Shown here one piece after another: positions 54,181-64,000 of a stretch of 64,000 bases of DNA. The stretch is from Bugula neritina (Eukaryota > Animalia > Bryozoa), in assembly GCA_964035545.1 (NCBI GenBank), contig OZ037765.1:6520698-6584697 (forward strand), in the 5' to 3' direction. Every line of letters starts with the position of its first letter. Positions within the stretch are counted from its first letter, which is position 1. The notes beneath the pieces are model-generated. The model was not told the DNA's origin and did no database searches. It worked only from the letters and a program-made list of their open reading frames with translations. The translations under genes were made by a program, and so were the position numbers.

Positions 54181-56000
54181 GTCAAAACTTAAATTATAGA
54201 ACACTATATATTTTGATTATATTTTAGGTATTTACCTGTTTTAACAAACTATTTTTATACTTTAATTATTAAGAATTAGAAGATATCTTGACAATATTTA
54301 CAGAATTATGCATAATCTCAGTAGTCATAATATAAGGATAAATAAAGCGATTACATCACAATTTAGATTTCAAGCAGCACATCAAACTTTCTATGATGAT
54401 TTGTTTTTAATGTTAGTTTGGGAAAATTGCGAGATAGAGCTTTACACTAAAAGCATTTTTATTAAGTATAAATGTTTAGAAAGCATTGGTAATCAAGTTT
54501 TACTTAAATAATAGTAGGCTTCTAATACAACTCTTTAATGTAACATTATGGGATTGCATGTTTTTAATAATTGTTGCCAACAATACATGTTATCTAAGTA
54601 CATTCCAATTTTTAGCAGTAAAACAAAACTTTATAACCAAAGACAAATTAAAGAAAAACATACATGAGAGCTACACTGGGAAAAAAGGCAAAACAAAAGC
54701 ACATAAATAAAAAGATAGTTAAAAGAAATAAAAACTAAAAAGTGTTAATGTATAGACAACGCGACTAATTTCATTCGGTCATCACAATGCAGGCAAGAAC
54801 TAAAACATTAGAGACTTTCTGTGCATACATAAAACTCATTCTCTGTCATTTGAAAAGAAACGACTGATGCCTGAAGTCAGGTGATATCCCATTTATCAAA
54901 CAGGCAAAAATTATTATGTTCAATATATATTATTTTTATGAATTTCTATCAGTGCCAATGACCCTGAAATGGTCAAATATTTTGTTTCTGTTCATGCTCT
55001 GTCCATCTCTTCAGATACGCAGAAAGAGTTATGTTTAGTTGGTCTGGTTGGACAGTAAATTTATATCCCAATCCTTCTACTCTAATAGCAGAGCTTCTCC
55101 CATATAGATTATAAAGCATTTTGTTGGATTTATTTACCCCTGCAAAGCTAATAGTTTAATGTTCTACTGGCCTTACCTAAGCTTTTTGAATTCGTTATTT
55201 TTCAACCATAGTCTTTTAAATCTTAGCTCTGTATGTAATCTGCAATATTCCGTTGATAGCATATAAGCTAACTTAGAAGTGACTCACATCACAGAAGTTC
55301 TAAATTATAAATTCTGCAATAATTACACATGTTCATCGTATTTGTATATTTTATTCTTAGGATGTTTTGGAATATGATCTGCAAGTCTTTGAAGCATACA
55401 AGAAGAATCCAAGCATAAATTCTTGAAAATCGCTATGATAACATTTTTAGCATAGTTTTAAAAAATATCATGAGTTTTTGAAAAGATATTTTAAGCATTG
55501 CTGATATTGAATAGCTGGAAGTTGAGTGCCAACCAAGTGAGTGACTGGTAATGACTAGATAGGGTTAAACTGCAGAGAGCATAGCTCTTCAAAATACCAT
55601 TCCACTGGCAACAATTATGGAAAGACAAATGTTTTCTTATTATAGAAAATTGGCACTGACTGGCAGGATATATAAAAAGTTGGAGAGTAACAATACCTCT
55701 ATAGCAATGTTATCTAAATTTGATTATGATAAAATGTCAAACACAATTTTCTCAAAGCATAATGATATTTACTTAAACTACAATCAAACGCTGACCCACT
55801 TCCCTATCTTTTCTCCTTGATAATTGTCACTGGGTAGTTGCCAAGTACAACAATACATAAGTGAGTACAGTAAATGATAGTAAAACATAGAAATTAAAAA
55901 GGAGTGCTTTGAAAAAGATAAGCTTTATTTTAGTAGGAATCAAGTTTGTTTGAGCTAATATAATTCTAAGAAAAGTACGTGTTGAAATTAAAAAAATTAA

Positions 56001-59000
56001 CTAGAAGTCAGTGTCATTCTCATCAGAATATAAAATATATATATAAAAAATTTGAAGTAGACATGATTGGAAAAATCGTTTCAAAATTATTTCCATTTCA
56101 GGTTTGATATTCAGCAGGTTAATAATATTATCAGATGATGTACTGGATGGTAGGTATTGGTGAACCGTGTGAATCATCAGTAACATCATAAGTACATGGT
56201 AAACAACAGTGCTGTTACTCCATTCTTCCAACACGCTTGTTCTCTACAAAACATTAATTTCTAAATAGTGATTGTTAAAGAGAAAAAGTATTTAAACTTG
56301 AACATATTAGCTTCAGATCAACTAAATATACATGTCCAAAATACAACAAATAAACGCAGAGCTAAAATTAACTGTCTTGGAAACTTTCATTTTGTCATCT
56401 TGCCAACAGATTTCAACAGTATGAAAGATAAAATGATGTCTTGTTAAAAATCTAAACCTTTTCACAATAAATTAATAATTTACCTGAGAAATTCGGCTGG
56501 TAGAACTGCTTCTATATGAATTGTAGATTAAGACAAACATTATTCGCAAAACAATGAATAAGACTGAGATAGGGTTGAAGATGTTAAGCCACAAGTTGTA
56601 TGCAGCTAAAAATAAAAAAATTCATAAATTGAAAGAAGAGCACATAAGATTTTATACATTTAAGGTTGAAACTGAGTTGAAACAGAGCACTGTCTTGTAC
56701 ATCAGATGAAAACATGGTTCATTTGTGAAAAGCTGTGAAAAACGATAATGGAAGTAACCAAATATTAGCACGAAGCTCACACTATTTGTTAAAATAACAT
56801 TAAATATATACAAGTGTTGTTTATGATTGTCGATTTTTTTCTTTTGAAATACGGCAATAACAAAACAATGCTCCAAACACACATACTACGTACATACTTT
56901 ACATTAATGGTTTACAAACGCTAATGAAACAGAAATATATCTGCAAACATGACATTGGGAAAGAAAAAACAGAAAATCAATAACCCAAAGATATTTTTAC
57001 AAATATGACAGAAGAAGCATTAACGCACATCTTACATATGAAACCATATTGAGACTAAAACCAATGATAATGGGTAGCTGGCAGTAACCCCACACTGTCG
57101 CTCAAACTATCCATTGCAATTGACATAAATTTAGGTTAAAAATCAATGATGTTCATGGGATTAAAAGGCATGGCACATCTAATACAAAGGAAGCTGCCGG
57201 AAAGCAGCACTTAAGTGAAATCCTTCCTGATCAAGTAGTAACAAGGCAACAAACAACAATTTGATAGGTAGTGAGCATTATTAAATACCATGTACCATTA
57301 AACATGTCTGATGAATTAAAATAACATAGGAAGCTGGGTAATTTCTACACTGTTAGTGTTATTCATTATTTTTAAAATTAAAGGGCAGCGTATACTGAAG
57401 CATAACAATTCAATATTATTGGTTATTATAGTTACTGCATTTTAACACAATGCAGCTGTGTTTTCATGAATTCAAGTAGATGCTGTGCAATTTTCTTTCA
57501 ATAATTATAAAACTCTAACCTACAGAATGCTAAACACCTGCTAAATTATACAAACTAATTTTTCAAGTATCCAGTTTAAATTTTGTAATGAATTGTAATT
57601 GATCTTAATTTACTGGTGTAGAATTTATTAGCTATTAGTTTTTGCATCACCAATGGCAATGATTTATTTGTAAAACTGAAGTAGAGTCATATAACTTAAA
57701 AGTAGCACATGTCTGCCTTCTTGTAATTGCTTCGAGTAACTTTAATGAGAAGTGTGTCTCAATTTAATGGCATTTCAAAGCCAATTTAAATTTGTTTTAA
57801 GTTAGCGATTCAATTCTCATTTACTCCCAGGAATAAAATGGCAAAGTAATCAGCAAAGAAAAACATTTGAAATGCCAAGCCAAGTAATTTGACCCTGGAA
57901 GATATAAGGTGTCACAAGTTGAAATTAGATAATTCCTTTTGAGTTAAACACTTAGACACAGCTATATACAATGTCTAATGTATGCATTAAAAAACTCATA
58001 TGAGTTTATAGTCTCTATTTCTGTAAGAAACCCCCCCCCTCCCATGGAAAGGGTCTTTTCAAGGAGGGCTAAGAACTTATTCAAATGTGGCACAGGTGCA
58101 ATTATGACTGGATGCTCTTCCAAACCAAACCACTGACCCCTGTATGCTAGGCCACCACTACATTATAAATAAATTATTAATAACAATTTACATAGCTCTG
58201 TAGTTTCAGCGAGAATTACAGAATAAGATCATCCTTGCACTTTGCACACCTTACAGTTGTCAGGACATCCTTATGAGGATATGAGGATATGTTAAAGTCC
58301 AATAAATGTTTGAAGCATGCAAGGTCAGTCTGCAGAGTTATAAACAAAAAGCTCATATACAGAAGATAAGTATTTATGAGCTCCATAAATGTTTATTTAA
58401 ACACACAATAAAAATGAGTCTTGTTTGGGTTGACAAGAGCTGTAAAATATAGTAGCAGATTGTTTTATTACCAAGTGTGCTATAAATATTTTTATATTTT
58501 TTGATGCATTAAATATTTTACATCTTTGCAATCATCCATCTTTTTCTATGCAACTGAAGGTTATAAAAATAGTTTTGCAAAACAGAAAGGTTATCTTAAA
58601 AATGATCAAAAGCTATAAAAAAGCTACTCATTAATTTATCTAGAAATGCCCATTTTTAAACTAGCAAAATTTTTAAAACTTGGGTGCTCAACCTTTAAAT
58701 AAATATTCCCTTAACATAAGAGGCATTAAACGTCTACATTATTCACCCACATAATATTACATGTTGATAATATCTGTAAAGGATTAACTCACCGTGTGTG
58801 TTTTTCACGGTGGACATTAACATGCTGGCTATATTTAATTCACTCATATTGCATCTGGAAATATATACAAAGAAATGACAATAAGTGTAGGTAAATATCA
58901 GTTCAACATTTCATCTAATCAGTGCCCCCAAACAAACATATAAATTAAATACGAATAGAGATACGGTTGCTAACCCATTTGATGTGAGTGATTGAGCATA

Positions 59001-62000
59001 TGACTCAAAGGTGGTGTTATATTTCATCTCTATCTCAACACTATACAGCAAAGAAATGCTGGCAAATAGCAGCAGTGAGACCTCCAAAATGTTACCTACA
59101 ATATTACAATAATACACTGCGATACATACAATACAGTGCCCTTTATGGGTGAAACTTTGTATCAATAGGAAAATTGTGAAGCATATAGGGATATTAAATT
59201 ACAAACTTAACAAAACTGAACTTTATTTTAGGGAGGTGATTGTTCATTACTTATGATGCTAGATGAGTGAAATTAAACAGATTCAAGATAATACTATAAA
59301 AAGAATGCAATATGCCCAGTGTCCAGGTATTTGAAAAATCTGTATGACATGAAGCATGTAAAATACTTTTATCCATAATCATGGGTATAGCTCAATTTAC
59401 AAAAAGTAAATTTTATAGCATATCTGTTTTAGCATATGCTAACTACGAATTTTTCTCACTGAACACACAGAAACTTCGTGAAAGTTGACTGCTGCAGTGA
59501 GCTCAATGACCATGCCAATAAGTCAATCAAGAAATTACACGCCACTCTCTCACTTTGCTAGTGAAAACAACTACCAAACAATAGCTAATCAGAAAGAAGT
59601 CGATACCAAGTTTGGCTAGACCTACCTAAACATCAGCAATAAAATCCTGACAGAATAAGGAATAAAATATATTGTAGGAAGATGATATGACGCTATTCTT
59701 GTCAGGTGAATGGGCTATTACTACTTCTAAATGACTCAGAAAAGATAGTCTAAATACATAGCATGATAAGCCCTAAGACTACCAGAGTCTGTTAGGGAAA
59801 TATTTGCAAGTATAGTATACTCGAACTACTCATGGAAATAACTCAACACACTGATACTCTCTGCATTACCTCTCAAACATTATTCAATCCATTAACATGT
59901 TTATACAAAATATAGAAAATAATGTAAATATGTACTTGATGTAACATAAACATTTCTTCAATTTACTCTGCCAGAGATAACTTATATATTAGGAATGAGG
60001 ATAATGTAAAAGCTTTAGAACAAATGAATATTACAATAAAGTTATCACCAGAGAGTTGTCTAGTTACATTTATATGTAGTATTGAAATTTTCAGGAATAT
60101 ATAAGATTTTAGCTAAGTATAATTAGGGAGTTTTGTGCCCAGGAAATCTGAGTCTTATAAGAAATTTAATATAAATATGTCTTCAATTGATTCATTCACT
60201 TACTGTTGATATAATTTACAAGAGAAATAATACTGATTATTAGAAACCTAGTACTACAAGTTCATCATAGGATGGTATCGAAACAAAAAATATAGCTTCA
60301 CATACTGCTTAATGAGAAAATAAATACCACCCTGCTACAGATATTAAAAGTAGAGGTTACTGCCTATTGGAATTTTGAACATATTGGGAAAAAATTAGAA
60401 TGTAGTATATCTTATTTTTTATAATTTATGGTGACGAAATTATTTTAAAAGAATTGGGTCAACTCTAATAAGCGGTGAAACATTTATCTAACATGATATA
60501 ACTTATTGTTGTATTAAGATATTATTTAAAACGAATATCGAAATTAGCTACCGATATGGAAAATTACAACAGACAACTTCAATTTTGCTAATTATCTTCT
60601 CTACCAGACAACATCACAATCAGATTGCCTAAGCTGCTGAAATGATTAAAAATGCACTATAAAATATATTTGAATTATAGCCAGGATATTTCTGAAGATT
60701 TTATTACTACATGAATATAAGTAGGCAGCCCTGTTTTAAAATTATTCATCATACCTTCATCTATGCGCAACATCATACAGAATGAGACAACTCCAAGAAC
60801 AAGTATAGTTGATATGCACCTAAACATCAGAAAATAAAATAAAGTACATGAAGTATTTTAGTAATTGAGTTTGGCAACAAGAAAACAAAGTGTGTTAAGT
60901 TTTCAAGATAGAAGTCACAATAAATATCAAACTTTTAATTTTAAATGTTATTTTGAAGATTACATGTAAGTAAATAAGATAATAAAGTGTGAAAACTTTA
61001 CATCAAGTGATAAGTAGTCAACAGTTGGATAAAACACAGTGAGATAAATGACCGCAAATTAAACATCTGTTAACAATTTACAAAAAAAGTCTAAAACGCT
61101 CTCTGAAAATAAATGATACAGTAGCAGGTTATGTATAAAATTGTAGCTTATGGCATTAACAGCATAACTTATTGCTTAGAAGTTTTAAATTTGCTCTTGC
61201 CAGAGATTTTGCCATTATTGGTTAAAAGCACTCATTACCCCACAGCTCAATGAGTGAGTAAAACAATTTACATATTTAGTTAAATACAAATTAGTTTAAT
61301 GCTCTGTACTCTAATAGTATCAAAATACAACATTTTTACCTTTAAATGTAGTTCCGCTTTCCCTATTTTCTATACAACTGCGCATAACTCAGATATATTA
61401 GTAACATTATTTTACTGGTCTTTATTTGTAGATTATATACATCATTGAATTTACAGTATAAGATAATGATGATGCAGCACTAAATAAAAATATTTTATAA
61501 CAACACAGATATTATAGAAGTGTCAAAAACAAATTAAAAATAAATGTGAATATGAAAGATGTACTCACCAGGTATGTCCAGCTTGAAACAATCTAAAAGC
61601 TAGTAAAGCAGAGCAACTGTACATTATGGTAGAGAGAAGTATGACCGCCCCCTACAAGCATATTAGTATTAGAAAAGACTTTGGAAACTAAACATTTAAA
61701 ACATAAAAGATCAAGTTATTCACACAAAATTGATCAAAAAAAAACTGTTGGCAGTAATATTTACAATAGTTCATTCAAAACTTTTTGCCTATAATATATC
61801 CATACCAAAAACAAGTTATTTTAGAAGATGAAACATTGATCAATGAAAAATAGTATTAACAAGCCCTCTAAATTACAAATTTAATCTATGAAAGATGAAA
61901 GTATTTGGTTGGGCTGCCTACAAATTAATTGATATGCATTTAAAAAAGGCTTTGGTTTTACACCTTACAGAATTCAACCAACAACTTAAAGTGCTATCTA

Positions 62001-62969
62001 TTAACTTACATTTTGTTAATGATGGCTGAAAAGTACATTTATTATTCCATAATAAAACACTGGATATAGAGCATACTTATTTACAGCAGAAGAAGCTTAG
62101 CTACTACATAAATGAGACTACCAAAATGTTCCTCCTATATCATAGCAATATTTATTAACTTCATGTTAAAACAACTTGACAGAAATATATTAAGATCATG
62201 TCTGATGAACAGTTGCCCAAATCAAGTTGTGGCTCAGACAACAATGACTTAAATGACTTAAATTCATTGAGTAATTTCAATTTATTAACAAGTGATTGAT
62301 CCAATGCAATAAATGCACAACTAATAAAGTGCCTACATTTATTAAAAGCTGTTGAAAACCCGCAATTTTTCAACAATTGAAATAGAAAAGGTATTGATAG
62401 CTTTAGTTCCAAACTCATTGAATTTTTATGTTTTCTAAAATCTACCAACAGCAAGAAACAAAACTACCAAATATCCCATATATAAGATATATAAGTTAAC
62501 AGACAATTATTTGATTCACATAAAATATTTGTCATTGAAAAATTGTTGAACTTTTGAAATTTAACCTAGATTTAGGCTAGATAGAAAATCTAAAAATTAA
62601 ATTAAAAAAAAAGTTTAAAATTATGACTTGCCTAAACTTGAGAGGCTAGCAACAAACGATGAAAACAAATTTAACATTCATAAGTATGTTGATTCAAAAC
62701 ATTTCAGGTACCAATCCAATAGCTAATGAGCCAACTTATGTTACCTTGATATATAATTCTAAGCTGTCATGTTCCAAGAAAGAAATAACATATTTTGAAA
62801 TCTGTTGGGCAAGGTGAAACATGCATATGCTTTCCATCAACAGCCATAGAAGAGGTGAACTTTGAATCAGGGCAGAAAACAATAATTGCAGCCATGCTGG
62901 GATAATGCTCAAGTGCATAAACAACAGCAAGAGGCATAGCAATAATTGGCCAACAAAGCCAAAAATAAC
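56001..62969 (-). CDS. Multi-pass membrane protein, Ice2-like (SERINC superfamily); exons 62969-62745, 61651-61569, 60819-60755, 59095-58975, 58854-58793, 56605-56484, 56243-56001; 5' end unresolved
   Basis: Seven GT-AG exons with fully consistent phases give 306 open codons with several hydrophobic helices. Segments SSPLLWLLMESICMFHLAQQISKYV and EGNILEVSLLLFASISLLY resemble conserved Ice2 segments as I recall them. Confidence 0.7.
58022..58140 (-). mobile_element. Truncated copy of the tRNA-SINE family (body only)
   Basis: ggctaagaacttattcaaatgtggcacagg...gactggatgctctt is a reverse-complement match to 21190-21256 and a direct match to 63651-63750. Confidence 0.75.
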
Positions 62970-63650
62970 CTAAAACAAATAAGTTTTGCTTTAGTAACTG
63001 CAGTTTAGAAAAATCTTATGTGGTATGACAAAACAAGGCTTTATTAATGAGTAGACAATAATGAAAAACACTCAAATTAGATAATAAATCTGACTTTGAA
63101 AAATACTCACTAACTAATTATTGACAACAAAATTTATAAACTAGCATTTTCGGCAGAATATTAGACAATAAAATGCTGAAGAAAATATGAAGAGAAGTCT
63201 TAAAACTAAAACTTTGTACGCTATATGCTACCACTTAGTAATGCCTAACAGAAAGATTAGAAGCTGACTAATAATTTAAAATTGTTAATAGACCTGGTTT
63301 ATTTCTGTGACTTTTATGCATTCATAATTCTAACATTGAGTTTAAACTTAAACCTTAATACTGACATACTATAATCATACCATATAATATGATAAGGATC
63401 ACAGCTGAGTTGAAATAATCAAGACAAAACCTGATCTTCAAGAGAAATCAATTAATTATTGGCCTGAGTTAACTAAAGTAACTTTATAAAGTGTTGAGTA
63501 AAAAATAACATAACATTAACAAAAAAATAGTGGGTAGTGACATTCATTTACATAGTAGCTTACAAAGCAATTTGTTGTTTGAATGCCAGGCTTCAGCTTG
63601 AAACAAAACTACTTCGAAATTTTTTTACACAAATTGATAGTCACTATACT

Positions 63651-63806
63651 TGTGAGAACCCCTGATGGAAAGAGTTTTTTTCAAAGCAGGCTAAGGACTT
63701 ATTCATATGTGGCACAGGAGCAACTATGATTGAATGCTCTTCTTAACATCACCAATGGCCTTTAATGGGGTTCGAACCCATAATTTCAGGTTTACCAAGC
63801 CAAATG
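63651..63806 (-). mobile_element. tRNA-SINE family copy, 5'-truncated
   Basis: B box GGTTCGAACCC followed by the same body as 21183-21256. Confidence 0.75.
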
Positions 63807-63819
63807 TTTTATGTTGATT

Positions 63820-64000
63820 TGTGATATTATTTCAGCTATCGTGAAAAGACAGAACGTGCTCGAGTTAGTTGATAAACGTAAGAGGCCGAAGCCGTGATTT
63901 ATTACCACAATATATATACACGAAAATACTAAAACTATTACAATAAGTGATACAATTAATTATTAAGATTATGACAAAAAATAGTAAAATAATAAAATAA
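63820..64000 (-). mobile_element. Possible 3' part of an LTR-like element, running off the window
   Basis: Minus strand reads TATATATA, AATAAA, a CpG-richer tract, then ends ...aatatcaCA next to the truncated SINE head. It could instead be the promoter of the membrane-protein gene. Confidence 0.25.

Noticed and set aside
62161-62454. 97-aa minus-strand ORF within the membrane-protein gene
   Set aside because: The flanking exons join in frame without it and it has no recognisable motif.

Overview
AT-rich, intron-dense genomic DNA from an invertebrate animal; the species cannot be determined from the sequence. Spliced gene models reconstructed by hand: DEPDC5 (GATOR1 subunit, minus strand, about 11.5-29.0 kb) divergent from a coding-intronless PTPA/PPP2R4 (plus); Musashi (minus, 36.9-53.9 kb); a 7+-exon multi-pass membrane protein resembling fungal Ice2 (minus, 56.0-63.0 kb); the first three exons of TOMM70 (minus, 8.0-10.3 kb); and a two-exon orphan gene (plus, 4.1-6.6 kb). 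The first 4.2 kb is a mosaic of inverted, diverged copies of pieces of the 6.7-14.4 kb region. It forms a possible chimeric mini-TOM70/DEPDC5 unit, shows differential gene loss between the copies, and has near-identical islands over exons. Mobile DNA includes a non-autonomous piggyBac with palindromic internal motifs, a tRNA-derived SINE family and a candidate solo LTR with a hairpin in the DEPDC5/PTPA divergent promoter. A degenerate 6-bp-periodic sequence recurs near the 5' end of several genes. All identities, alignments and family assignments were made by eye or from recall; no searches were run.
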